A stretch of 64,000 nucleotides of DNA from Candidatus Woesebacteria bacterium RIFCSPHIGHO2_01_FULL_39_32 (GTDB taxonomy: Bacteria > Patescibacteriota > Microgenomatia > UBA8517), in assembly GCA_001792345.1 (NCBI GenBank), contig MGGJ01000013.1, positions 85,371 through 149,370 of the forward strand, read 5' to 3'. The position numbers were made by a program, and so were the translations under genes. Each line of letters starts with the position of its first letter. Positions within the stretch are counted from its first letter, which is position 1. Below, piece after piece: positions 49,342 to 59,542 of this stretch. The notes under the pieces were generated by a model that was given only the letters and a program-made list of their open reading frames with translations, was not told the DNA's origin and ran no database searches.

Positions 49342-49602
49342 ATGTATAAAGTTCAGAAAAAAGATGGTACACAAGAGGATTTTGACCCAAACAAGATATT
49401 AAGCGGGGTGAAGAAAGCGGGTGGATCCGAAGAGGATGCTCAGAAGGTTCTTTCTGAAATCCAGGCTTGGTTACCTACTGCAGCACAAAATAACGTAGTT
49501 AAAGCACTAGATATAAGAACAAAAGGACTCGAAGTGCTTGAACAAGTTAGTCCCGAAGTCTTTACAAAATTCAAATCCTACGAAAAACCGCCCACAAGCT
49601 AG
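49342..49602 (+). CDS. stand-alone ATP-cone domain protein
   Basis: VQKKDGTQEDFDPNKI motif; GGAGGTG SD before ATG 49342. Confidence 0.8.
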   Translation: MYKVQKKDGTQEDFDPNKILSGVKKAGGSEEDAQKVLSEIQAWLPTAAQNNVVKALDIRTKGLEVLEQVSPEVFTKFKSYEKPPTS

Positions 49603-49689
49603 CTAAATACGGAAGTGTGTACATAGTTCCTGTTGACAAAAATGAATTTTTTGGAGCTATAATTATTTACTATTGCTGCTAATAAAAAT

Positions 49690-49886
49690 ATGTCCGTCGA
49701 GTTAGATTCTACTGTTCCGGGAGTTTTATTAAACCTGATGAAGATTTAATTTCAGGAGATGGAACAAGTAGCACCGCAGCGGTTGGTACTTCGGTATATG
49801 ATGGTGATACTGGATATCAAACTTCACGAGAAGAAGATTTTGCAGAAGAGGATCCTTATAGCCCAAGTTATAAACCCGATGAATAA
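49690..49886 (+). pseudogene. small acidic ORF with apparent 1-bp frameshift
   Basis: MSVELDSTVPG continues in another frame as FIKPDEDLISGDG...YKPDE*; shift falls in a T-run; TTGACA/TATAAT upstream. Confidence 0.35.
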
Positions 49887-49915
49887 TCTTTTTTTAACTC
49901 CATTTATTTAATAAA

Positions 49916-51217
49916 TCAAGGAACTGGGAATTTTTGGCAGAGGGTTTTGACTTCAGAAGCAATACCCAACAAAAATTTATCTTTCTCAATTTTTGATCTG
50001 AATGCCTTCAAAAATGTTGATCTGGCTTCTGGTTTTTCAGGAAGTTTATAGGGCTTCACATAATCAATTACTTTTAAAATCCAAGTTGCAATTTGTTTCA
50101 TTTCCTTTTCCTTCATTCCCCTGGTTGTCAATGCGGGAGTACCAAGCCGCAATCCGGAAGGATAAAAGGGGGGCATTGTGTCATTTGGAACTGAATTCCT
50201 GTTTGCCACAATTCCCGCAACTTCCAAGCTTTGGGCAACAACATTTCCTGATAGTTCTAAAGGTCTTAAATCGACAACTAATAAATGGCATTCTGTTCCA
50301 TTTGCAACTAAGGTTAACCCTCCGTCCAACAGGGCGCTGGCTAGTGCCCTGGCATTTTTGACTACTTGTTTTCCGTAAGTCTTGAAAACAGGAGTATTTG
50401 CCTCCTCTAAAGAAATCGCGATTCCGGCAGTGGTATTGTTGTGCGGTCCTCCTTGCATACCGGGAATTATCGCCTTATCAATTTTTGCAGGAAGTTCAGG
50501 ATCTTTTTTAACTCCCTTAGCTGTCGCCAGAATCATGGCACCCCGCGGTCCACGTAAGGTCTTATGTGTTGTACTTGTAACAAGATGTGCGTGAGTAAAT
50601 GGCGAGGGATAAACCCCAGCAATAATTAAGCCAATAACATGAGAAGCATCTGCAACTAACCATGCCCCGATTGAGTCGGCTATTTCTGCGAGCTTTTTCC
50701 AATCAAAGGCTAGAGGATATGCGGTTGTTCCAATCAGCATGAGTTTTGGTTTTTCCTTTTGAGTTTGTGCACTGATCTTTTTGTAGTCTAATAACCCCTT
50801 ATCATCCAAGCCGAATTGTACAGAGTTAAAATATTTACCGGAAAAAGTAACTTTCGGATGACCGTGTGTTAAATGCCCGCCGGAAGCCAGTTCAAGACCC
50901 ATAATCGTGTCCCCGGGTTCAACTAAAGCAAACAAAACTTCTGAGTTGGCAGGAGAGCCGGAATACGGTTGGACATTTGCATAAGGAACTTTGAAGAGAT
51001 TTTTAGCGCGCTCAATTGCAAGGGTTTCAATTTCATCAATGATTTTATTTCCCTGATAATATCTGCGACCGGCATACCCTTCTGAATATTTATTTATTAA
51101 AACGGATCCGACGGCTTCCCGAACGGATTTTGAAGCATAATTCTCCGACGGAATCATCATAAGTGTTTCGCCCTGCCTTTTTTCTTCCTTTTTAATTAAT
51201 TCAAATATTTTATCCAT
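49916..51217 (-). CDS. glyA: serine hydroxymethyltransferase
   Basis: PSENY, YSEGY, GGHLTHG, STTHKTLRGPRG. Confidence 0.97.
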   Translation of the reverse strand: MDKIFELIKKEEKRQGETLMMIPSENYASKSVREAVGSVLINKYSEGYAGRRYYQGNKIIDEIETLAIERAKNLFKVPYANVQPYSGSPANSEVLFALVEPGDTIMGLELASGGHLTHGHPKVTFSGKYFNSVQFGLDDKGLLDYKKISAQTQKEKPKLMLIGTTAYPLAFDWKKLAEIADSIGAWLVADASHVIGLIIAGVYPSPFTHAHLVTSTTHKTLRGPRGAMILATAKGVKKDPELPAKIDKAIIPGMQGGPHNNTTAGIAISLEEANTPVFKTYGKQVVKNARALASALLDGGLTLVANGTECHLLVVDLRPLELSGNVVAQSLEVAGIVANRNSVPNDTMPPFYPSGLRLGTPALTTRGMKEKEMKQIATWILKVIDYVKPYKLPEKPEARSTFLKAFRSKIEKDKFLLGIASEVKTLCQKFPVP

Positions 51218-51257
51218 CGGATTATACTAATGTAATAAGACCCTACAATCCACTGTA

Positions 51258-52133
51258 TCATATTCTCTCTCCTCTACCACCTTGCAGCTCCGTAAAACCC
51301 CAGTCATTCCAATCTTTGTACATACTTTCTCTCAGTAGTTCCTTAGAAGGAAATCCTAAAGATCTTCTTACCTCTTCGACCAGTTGCTGATTCTCATTGA
51401 AGCTGTACAACCCTTTCTCGTTCAAAAGTCTTGCAAAGTCCGTGATGCTATCCAAAGAAAACTCCTTCAAACGATCAATTCCAGCTTCTCTACAACCCTT
51501 ATCCTCCGTCATTATATTCAAGATTTGGCCAGAAACTTCGTAAAGAATATCCCACGGATTTTTAAAAGCATCAATTACACAAACCCTATTCTTCTGGCTC
51601 TCAGCTAAAGATAAATAGTTAGTTCTGATAGCACAGTATATTTCTATCCCAACATCATCTCTCCAGTTTCTCTTGCCACCCAATCTCTTCGCTGTTTCAA
51701 CCCTAATCATAGATTCCTCAGCCGGCAAATCTAAATAAAAAGTTAGAGTTGGGTACCACTTGAAGGGGTTTTGCATGTTGTGAATATAGGAAATATCAGC
51801 TCCGTCAACCTGTTGCAAAGCAATCGAAGACCACCAACTTCTATCGGCTACTGAAATACCGTTAGGATTCTCCGATCGCCAAGGTCTGACTTTTTTTGTG
51901 ATTAATTCGTTTCTTGCCGCAGTAAACAGCAGTAAGTGGGTATTGGGGCTCATATCACTGAATTCTTCGGTAAATAGCAAGTTTCTTATGGCCTCTCCAA
52001 TTGGAGTACCACCCGGCTCCCGAATTCTTAAAACTGGACTCTTGACAAATTGTTCTAAAAAACTCGCAAGCAATGTGGATTGCGTAGTTTTTCCAACTCC
52101 TTCAGGTCCTTCTAATACAATACTTACTGACAT
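51258..52133 (-). CDS. tmk: thymidylate kinase with C-terminal extension
   Basis: LEGPEGVGKTTQ, REPGGT, LFTAAR, ADR motifs. Confidence 0.88.
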   Translation of the reverse strand: MSVSIVLEGPEGVGKTTQSTLLASFLEQFVKSPVLRIREPGGTPIGEAIRNLLFTEEFSDMSPNTHLLLFTAARNELITKKVRPWRSENPNGISVADRSWWSSIALQQVDGADISYIHNMQNPFKWYPTLTFYLDLPAEESMIRVETAKRLGGKRNWRDDVGIEIYCAIRTNYLSLAESQKNRVCVIDAFKNPWDILYEVSGQILNIMTEDKGCREAGIDRLKEFSLDSITDFARLLNEKGLYSFNENQQLVEEVRRSLGFPSKELLRESMYKDWNDWGFTELQGGRGERI

Positions 52134-52178
52134 CGCTCGACATTATAACCCAGATAACAATAAATTTCCCTTTTTTCG

Positions 52179-54032
52179 TTAACTTCTCCCATCAGTAATA
52201 TTAGAAAGCTTTTCCTGGGTTCTGACTTCTGCTTTTAATCTACCTAAACCATAATCTTCTACCCAGTTAACGTGGGCAAAATGTGGTTCTAAAAACGGAT
52301 ATACTCCGAGAATTTGGCGAGCAGCTTCCTGTAAAGCTCTTCTATATGAAGGGTGACCCCCTTCAATAGTTCGAAGCTCCGCAAAAAATGCCCACTGACG
52401 TATGTTTGCCCGTACATTAAACCTCAATTTATTTCCAAACATTGTTACGTACTCAGAAGCGTCAAACAATTTCGGATTACCGCTTGTCGTCAATTTCCTG
52501 TTTAAATCCTTAGTTGATTGAGCTAATCGCTCGTAATCAGTTCGCACCTCCTCCATTCCTTCCTCATAAAATTCCTCTGGTATAAACAATTCATCTGCTG
52601 TAAGCATTTGGCGCTCAGTTGAGCTTATTCTATTCCTTTGTAAATCTCTATAAATACCAAAATCTACATCGAATTCGACCTCTGCTGTGGTGTGCTCGAA
52701 AGCACGAGGGAGTTTATGGCGTCTACTTAAGCCCTTTGCACTTCTTTCCGGAACTGCAGATGCGATTAACTCTGCAAGTCTCGGGCTATATGTTAACTCG
52801 GGATTTCTCTGCAAATCTTCTTCTTTGATTACCCTTAACCGTTCTCTGATAGCTGCTTTTGATAGTCCTTTATTTTTTTGTCCAGTATATACCAGTTGAG
52901 TTGCTATCCTTAAATCAGCATCCTCGTCCCAATCAACTAACCTAACTGCTTCAGTATCTCCGGGAGTAATTCCCTCAACCCAGCTTTCAACCGCGGTTCT
53001 CTGGGTATTCCTAACATCTCTCAGATATTCTCTAGTTCTTGATCCATGGGCGTGATCCACATTCTGCAAAAAACTCGGTGCAACTTTTTCCAACTCGTGA
53101 TAAGCCATAACTCCGAGAAGCCTTACTTCCGGATGTTGGGAGGAAATCATCTTATTTATTGTATGCTCTGCAGCTTGTCCAGAATAGTGAGCACCTAAAT
53201 TTGTAACGGTAGTAGTAGGAAGAAAAACTCGAATAGTATCAAAGGTTTTTGCCTTTAATGCGCGTTCATACGCTTTTTGCACCCTTACTTTATCATCCTC
53301 GTTTCCTATTTCATCATATTTAACTTCCTGACCTGTGCTAGGAACTAAGACAACCTGTTCCTCTAAAGGATATTTCCTTCTTAACATCAGTTGTGTTGCT
53401 GGGATGTGCCTTTTATATGCTTCGAATGATGCAATACTCCAATCCAGATATTCCTGCGCAAATTCAGAATTCATTACTGTTGGCTCCTCCATAAAAAGAA
53501 AATGCCCATCAACGTTGCTTCCGAAATCTACATATCTAGTTGACTTTTCAATGTAGGCAGAGGCAACTCTCTGGTCTTCAATTGCCTTGGCTGCTATTTG
53601 AGAAACAAATTCGAAAGAAATGTGAACACTTCCCATTTGAATTACCGAGTCATCGCCATATTCGGCAAATACTCTCCTATAAAATTTCTCCGCGTGTTCC
53701 TTAGCGCTTTCAATTCCTTCTCCTTTTGTTTCTATAATATTTTCCGTTATATTCTGTATGCCTAGTTCCTCACTTGCCCAAAATTCATCTAAAAATACTC
53801 GACGCACACTTTTACTAGTCCGACTGTATCTTGAAAACATCGCCCCAACAACTTCTTGAGGAAGACCATATATAGCAAAAACAGGGCTATCTGTATTTGT
53901 AAAGAACTTGGATAAAACTGCCTCTTCTTCTGGAGTAAATTCTTCTTGTGTGTAAGGAAAAGGGAATCTGTCAGGAAGAGAAAGAGTTTCTGTTTTTAAA
54001 ACGTGCGTTTTTTCAAGAAACTCTCTAGTCAT
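52179..54032 (-). CDS. thyX: FAD-dependent thymidylate synthase, long tandem-domain form
   Basis: SRYSR, YGDDS, EKSTRYV, YRDLQRNR, ELRT..GHPSYR; context between dcd and tmk. Confidence 0.85.
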   Translation of the reverse strand: MTREFLEKTHVLKTETLSLPDRFPFPYTQEEFTPEEEAVLSKFFTNTDSPVFAIYGLPQEVVGAMFSRYSRTSKSVRRVFLDEFWASEELGIQNITENIIETKGEGIESAKEHAEKFYRRVFAEYGDDSVIQMGSVHISFEFVSQIAAKAIEDQRVASAYIEKSTRYVDFGSNVDGHFLFMEEPTVMNSEFAQEYLDWSIASFEAYKRHIPATQLMLRRKYPLEEQVVLVPSTGQEVKYDEIGNEDDKVRVQKAYERALKAKTFDTIRVFLPTTTVTNLGAHYSGQAAEHTINKMISSQHPEVRLLGVMAYHELEKVAPSFLQNVDHAHGSRTREYLRDVRNTQRTAVESWVEGITPGDTEAVRLVDWDEDADLRIATQLVYTGQKNKGLSKAAIRERLRVIKEEDLQRNPELTYSPRLAELIASAVPERSAKGLSRRHKLPRAFEHTTAEVEFDVDFGIYRDLQRNRISSTERQMLTADELFIPEEFYEEGMEEVRTDYERLAQSTKDLNRKLTTSGNPKLFDASEYVTMFGNKLRFNVRANIRQWAFFAELRTIEGGHPSYRRALQEAARQILGVYPFLEPHFAHVNWVEDYGLGRLKAEVRTQEKLSNITDGRS

Positions 54033-54099
54033 TTTATGAAGATCTTAGGACAACTGTAAAGTTTTAACAACTATGAGTTGCCTTGTCAACTAGGAGAAA

Positions 54100-54639
54100 T
54101 TACACCTGTTTTTCTTTTTTCTTCATCAATACCCGTCCACCGCGCCATTGTCCTCTGTATGAAGTTCCTCCGCCATCTACGTATTCAAACTGAACGTGCA
54201 TGAATCTTGCTCCTAATTCTATCTCGATTTCGCTAGGTCCCACATTTGCGATTGAAGTAACTAGTGGGCCAGAATAACCTGGAGCAATTTGGCTTAATCC
54301 CTGAAGTAAACCGCTACGAAATATCGTCGATCGAGGGAATAAATATCCTCCAATATTTTCAGGTAAATTAACGCTTTCTAAAGTTTTTACTAAGTAATAG
54401 CTTCCTGCTTTAAAAGTAAAAGTTTTTTTCTTTCCTTCAATGTAAGAAGCCAAAACTTTTGTGTCCGGCGTTTTTCTCTCTTCAATCCCTAAAAACCCTT
54501 TTCCTTTTAACTCGTGCACCTCGCCCAGCCGTAAATCAAATCCAGCGCCCTCGGGATTTTTCAATTCACGCTCAGTTAGATTTTCAACAAGTTTCTTTTC
54601 CTTAACCAGTTTTAAAAGTATTTTCGGTCCAATCGGCAT
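54100..54639 (-). CDS. dcd: dCTP deaminase/dUTPase family protein
   Basis: FDLRLG, PRSTIFRSG, PGYSG, YRGQW. Confidence 0.8.
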   Translation of the reverse strand: MPIGPKILLKLVKEKKLVENLTERELKNPEGAGFDLRLGEVHELKGKGFLGIEERKTPDTKVLASYIEGKKKTFTFKAGSYYLVKTLESVNLPENIGGYLFPRSTIFRSGLLQGLSQIAPGYSGPLVTSIANVGPSEIEIELGARFMHVQFEYVDGGGTSYRGQWRGGRVLMKKKEKQV

Positions 54640-54688
54640 AGTAAAAAGACTACCTTTAAGGGGTTGTCCCTACAAGGTGTATATAGTT

Positions 54689-56737
54689 TTAATTAACTTC
54701 TTTTTCTGTTTCCTTATCTTTGATTGCACCCGGTTTACGCCAGCTTGCCCATTTGCATTTCGGATAACGGGAACAGCCGTAAAACTTCTTCCCTCTTCTT
54801 GTAGTTTTTACAATTATGTCACCCTTTTTACACTCTGGGCATTTCATTCCAAGCTTTTCAATATATTTCTCGGTATGTTTACACTCCGGAAAAAGAGAGC
54901 ATGAAATAAATTTTCCAAATCTTCCAACCCTAATAACCAAATCTCCTTGTTTATCTCCCACTCTTCCTTCTAATTCACATGTTGGGCATTTTTTCCCAAG
55001 TTTCTCCGCTTCAATTTTTACACGTTTGGCTTTTTCTTCAACTTCTTCCAATTTTTTATCAAAGGGTGTGTAAAATTCGCTCATCATTTTTTGCCACTCC
55101 CGTTCTCCTTTTGCAATATTATCTAACTCATTTTCCATCTGGGCTGTAAACGAATAGTCAACAATGTTTTTAAAGTTCAATACCAAAAAATCATTTACCG
55201 CTATTCCAATAGGAGTCGGCTGGAATTTTCCTTCCAACTTTTCAACATAATTACGAACTTGAATTGTTGTGATAATCGGGGCGTAGGTTGACGGCCTTCC
55301 AATTCCTAGTTTTTCTAGAGTTTTAATTAAAGATGCTTCATTATAACGGGGGGGTGGTTGAGTAAACTTTTGTTCAGATGTAACTTTTATTAAATCGAGT
55401 GCTTCATCTATCCCAACAACAGGTAATTCTGGAGCCTCTTCTTTTGAAAGCGGGATAACTTTTCTCCAACCATCAAACTTCATGACTTGTCCGCTCGCGC
55501 GAAGAAGATAATTGTTAGTATTTAATGATTGATGGCTAATTAGGGGGGTTGCGAGAACATCAATTGCAGTTTCGTCAAAAACACTCTCTGTCATTTGACA
55601 TGCTACAAACCGGCGCCAAATAAGATCGTATAATCTCTCTGCATCTTTCTCGAATTTGTAATTTGTAATTTGAAATTTGGTATTTATATCTGTAGGACGT
55701 ATTGCCTCATGTGCCTCTTGAGCAAGCTTGGAAGTTTTTCTGAAAAATCTAGGTTTTTCCGGTATATATTTAACTCCAAAATTCTTTGAAATATATTCTC
55801 TTGCTTTTGATACAGCAGCTGCTGCCAAATTTACGGAATCTGTTCTGTGATAAGTAATGAGACCTTCCTCATAAAGTCTTTGAGCTACAGACATTGTTCT
55901 TTTTGCCGACCAACCGAAAAGTCTTGCGCCTGCTTGAGTCATTGTCGAAGTCGTAAAAGGTGGGTATGGATTTTTTCTTACTTGCCTTTTTCTGACATCA
56001 AAGACTTTGTATCCAGCCTTTTCAAGATCCGTTACTACTGCTTTTGCTTCTTGCTCGTTTTTAACTTCCGCTTTCTTCTCACCAACCTTAACCAACTGAA
56101 CAGTAAGGTCTTCGGTTTTGAGTTCTGGGTTTTGAGTTCTGAGTTGACAAAATATCTCCCAATACTCCTCGGATTTGAACGCTTCAATTTCTCTTTCGCG
56201 CTCTACAATTAAACGAACTGCAACTGATTGCACCCTGCCTGCCGATAAACCACGACGTATTTTTTTCCACAATAAGGGAGATAGTTTGTATCCAACAAGC
56301 CTGTCAAGAACGCGTCGCGCAATTTGTGCATCAACCAAATGAACATCGATGCCTCGAGGATTTACAATTGCTTCTTCTACCGCTTCTTTTGTAATTTCGT
56401 GGAAAACAATCCGCTTTAATTGGTCTGTGGTCAGTGGTCCGTGGTCAGTTAAAATCTCTTTTACATGTTGGGCGATTGCCTCTCCCTCACGGTCAGGATC
56501 CGTTGCAATAAATATCTTGTCGGATCTAACGGCCGCATCCTTTATCTTTTTAATACTATCTGCCTTTTTCTCAACAGCTAAATACTTTGGTTCAAAATTT
56601 TTCTCGAGGTCAACGGCTAATTCACTTTTAGGTAAATCTTTAATATGCCCCATTGTGGCTTCCACCGAATACTCTTTCCCGAGGAAGCGGGATAACGTAC
56701 GAGCTTTAGTTGGCGACTCGACAATTATTAAATTCAT
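54689..56737 (-). CDS. topA: DNA topoisomerase I
   Basis: IVESPTKA, ATDPDREGE, SAGRVQ, ITYHRTD, GIGRPSTY, zinc ribbons. Confidence 0.98.
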   Translation of the reverse strand: MNLIIVESPTKARTLSRFLGKEYSVEATMGHIKDLPKSELAVDLEKNFEPKYLAVEKKADSIKKIKDAAVRSDKIFIATDPDREGEAIAQHVKEILTDHGPLTTDQLKRIVFHEITKEAVEEAIVNPRGIDVHLVDAQIARRVLDRLVGYKLSPLLWKKIRRGLSAGRVQSVAVRLIVEREREIEAFKSEEYWEIFCQLRTQNPELKTEDLTVQLVKVGEKKAEVKNEQEAKAVVTDLEKAGYKVFDVRKRQVRKNPYPPFTTSTMTQAGARLFGWSAKRTMSVAQRLYEEGLITYHRTDSVNLAAAAVSKAREYISKNFGVKYIPEKPRFFRKTSKLAQEAHEAIRPTDINTKFQITNYKFEKDAERLYDLIWRRFVACQMTESVFDETAIDVLATPLISHQSLNTNNYLLRASGQVMKFDGWRKVIPLSKEEAPELPVVGIDEALDLIKVTSEQKFTQPPPRYNEASLIKTLEKLGIGRPSTYAPIITTIQVRNYVEKLEGKFQPTPIGIAVNDFLVLNFKNIVDYSFTAQMENELDNIAKGEREWQKMMSEFYTPFDKKLEEVEEKAKRVKIEAEKLGKKCPTCELEGRVGDKQGDLVIRVGRFGKFISCSLFPECKHTEKYIEKLGMKCPECKKGDIIVKTTRRGKKFYGCSRYPKCKWASWRKPGAIKDKETEKEVN

Positions 56738-57831
56738 ATTTTTTTGTAAACTCCATTCCCAATGTTTTTAATCATCCCTTTTAATTCCATAACAGTCAGT
56801 TTCCCAGAAACTTCCGAAACTTTCAACCCCGATATTCTACCAATTTCGTCAAGATGTAAGGGCTCTCTTTCTAATATTTCGATCAATTTCTCTTCTAAAC
56901 CATCATTCGGTAAAATTTTTTCTACAGCTTCCTTATCAACTCTCAGCTGTAAATCTAATTCTTCTAATATATCTTGGGAAGATGTGATCATCTTAGCTCC
57001 GTTTTTAATTAAATAATTGGGAGCGGCCGACATGGGGGAGAAAATTTGTCCCGGCACTGCAAATACAGTTCTTCCTTGATTCGCCGCATGTTTTGCCGTA
57101 TGAATAGTTCCACTTTTAATCATACCTTCGACCACAATAACTGCCTTTGACAAACCTGAAATTATCCTATTTCTAAAGGGGAAAAAATGCCGCTGGGCTT
57201 CGACTCCCGGAGGAAACTCTGAGACAATTGCACCACCCGTTTTTATGATTTTTAGGCCCAACCACTCATTTGATCTTGGAGTAATTACATCCACCCCTGA
57301 AGCCAATACTGCAATGCAGCGCCCGTTAACTTCAAGCACACTTTTATGAGCAGCTAAATCAACTCCGAAAGCAAGTCCTGAAACTATAGTTATACCGACG
57401 CTGGCAAGCTCCATTGCCAGTTTTTCTGTCACCTCGCGTCCATAAGAAGTCATTTTCCTGCTACCCACAATCGCGACTGCATTACAATCATTTTTGCTTA
57501 AGGCTCCTCTTACATATAAAACTTGTGGTGCATCCTCCAATCCTTTTAGGTTTTCCGGATAATCCTCGTCATTAATTGTAACAAAATCAATTCCGTAATC
57601 ATTCAATCTATTAAAGTATCTTTCGAAATCAAACCCATCCCTATACTCTAAAAAACTTTTAATTGTTTTTTCCCTTAAACCGACCTCTGCTAATTTTTGA
57701 AATGTAGCATTCCATGCATTTTTTGCACCACCAAAGTATTGCGTCAGAAGTTTTGTCCTGACAGGACCAAATTGGGTATATGAGGTTAATGCAACTAAAT
57801 ATTTTTTACTGATGTCTTCTTTCTGGCCCAT
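56734..57831 (-). CDS. dprA: DNA-processing protein DprA
   Basis: AIVGSR, VSGLAFGVD, FPFRNRIISGLS, AVPG. Confidence 0.96.
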   Translation of the reverse strand: MGQKEDISKKYLVALTSYTQFGPVRTKLLTQYFGGAKNAWNATFQKLAEVGLREKTIKSFLEYRDGFDFERYFNRLNDYGIDFVTINDEDYPENLKGLEDAPQVLYVRGALSKNDCNAVAIVGSRKMTSYGREVTEKLAMELASVGITIVSGLAFGVDLAAHKSVLEVNGRCIAVLASGVDVITPRSNEWLGLKIIKTGGAIVSEFPPGVEAQRHFFPFRNRIISGLSKAVIVVEGMIKSGTIHTAKHAANQGRTVFAVPGQIFSPMSAAPNYLIKNGAKMITSSQDILEELDLQLRVDKEAVEKILPNDGLEEKLIEILEREPLHLDEIGRISGLKVSEVSGKLTVMELKGMIKNIGNGVYKKI

Positions 57832-57877
57832 TATTTAAATAATATGACATCAGCGACAGAAATCATACTTGATTTCT

Positions 57878-59542
57878 TTATCTGTCATTGGCGGGAGGAA
57901 CTTTAAAATAGTAGTTAAATATCTCGCGTGCTATTGGTCCCGCAACCCGAGAGCCCTCTCCTCCTCTCTCAACCAAAATTGTGGCAATAATTTCAGGGTC
58001 ATCTTTTGGTGCAAAAGCTGTAAACCAAGCGTGAGTATCGTCAGTTCCATCACCGACTTCTGCGGTTCCCGTTTTACAACCAACCTCATACCCACTTTTT
58101 TCTTTAAAATCAAAAAAAGTATAACCCGTACCCCCCAGGCTACAAGCACCCACCATACCTTTTTTGACTAGGTCTATATTTTCTTTTTTGATCCCTAAAT
58201 CGCGGCAAAGAAAATTCCCCGCAAAAGCTTCTTCATTTAAAATATGCGGTGAACAATATTCCCCACCATTAGAAATCGCTGCAATTGCTTGGTTTACTGC
58301 AATTGGTGTCAGGGCGATATCTCCCTGCCCTATCGATAAATGGTAAGTATTTCCTAAAAACCAACGTTCTGCCTTTACCCTAACCTTCCAAACAGGATTC
58401 GGCACCAAACCAGCAATTTCTCCCGGAATGTCAATTCCCGTAACCTCATCTAGTCCAAAGGTATGCGACCAATCGGCAATTTTTTCAACACCAGTAAGTT
58501 CTCCGATCTGGTAAAAAAAGGTATCGGTTGAACGAGTAATAGCTCGTTCCAGATCTATAGTTCCTTCACGACCACCATACTGGGTAAAGTACCAGTTGTT
58601 GAAAGTAAAATCACCATAAACACTTTTTATTGCAATGTAACCATTATCTTCATAAGTGAAACTGCCATCTATTTTTTCTTCTTCCAATGCGGCTACAGCC
58701 ACTACTGGTTTAAAAACTGATCCTGGGTGATACTTCCCACCTATAACTCGGTTGAAAAGCGGCTTTTTTTCGTCTGTAAGAATTTCTTCTGCTTCTTTTT
58801 GTTTTGCCTCATTATTAAATACATTTGGGTCATATGAAGGTGAAGAATAAAACGCAAGAATTTCGCCTTTGGGATCGGTAATAACAGCCGCTCCTACATC
58901 ACTTTTTAACATTTCGGCCAATTTTTTTTGAAGACCAAAATCAATCGTTGTATGAATATCCCTTCCAGGAGTTGGATTCTTTCTACCCAAAGTACGTACT
59001 CTTTCTCCAAAAGCGTCAACTTCAATCAGCTCCTCTCCATCAATTCCCCGTAGGGTGCAGTCATATTTCTCTTCCAATCCACCTCGTCCAATTAGTGCAC
59101 CCAGCTTCCTCGGTCCTTTCTCTAGACACTGCGCTTCCACCTTACCAAGCTCTTCTTGCGATACTTCACCAAGATAACCTGTTAAATGCGCAAAGACATC
59201 TGCCTGAGGATATGTCCTAACCCACTCAGTAATTAGACTTTTCGTTGACTCAGAGGTTTCTGCGTCATGCTTTTCAATACCAGACTTTTCGAAGACAACT
59301 TCTTTTTGAACTTGCCCATTGTCTGTAATAACCTCTCCGCCTCTTGCGAAAATTCTTCCTCTTGGAGCTACAATTACGACACGCCGAATTCTATTTTCTT
59401 CAGCTAAAACCCTGAAATATTTCCCTCGTATGATCTGTAAATCTACTAACCTTCCGGCTAATACCAAAAAACCTAAGGTTACAACTCCTCTTAAAAACCA
59501 TATAAGCCAACTTTGGGTTTTTATAGCAAGTAAAGTCTGCAT
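57878..59542 (-). CDS. mrdA: penicillin-binding protein 2
   Basis: APRGRI, PGSVFK (SxxK), STDTFFY, KTGTAE. Confidence 0.9.
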   Translation of the reverse strand: MQTLLAIKTQSWLIWFLRGVVTLGFLVLAGRLVDLQIIRGKYFRVLAEENRIRRVVIVAPRGRIFARGGEVITDNGQVQKEVVFEKSGIEKHDAETSESTKSLITEWVRTYPQADVFAHLTGYLGEVSQEELGKVEAQCLEKGPRKLGALIGRGGLEEKYDCTLRGIDGEELIEVDAFGERVRTLGRKNPTPGRDIHTTIDFGLQKKLAEMLKSDVGAAVITDPKGEILAFYSSPSYDPNVFNNEAKQKEAEEILTDEKKPLFNRVIGGKYHPGSVFKPVVAVAALEEEKIDGSFTYEDNGYIAIKSVYGDFTFNNWYFTQYGGREGTIDLERAITRSTDTFFYQIGELTGVEKIADWSHTFGLDEVTGIDIPGEIAGLVPNPVWKVRVKAERWFLGNTYHLSIGQGDIALTPIAVNQAIAAISNGGEYCSPHILNEEAFAGNFLCRDLGIKKENIDLVKKGMVGACSLGGTGYTFFDFKEKSGYEVGCKTGTAEVGDGTDDTHAWFTAFAPKDDPEIIATILVERGGEGSRVAGPIAREIFNYYFKVPPANDR

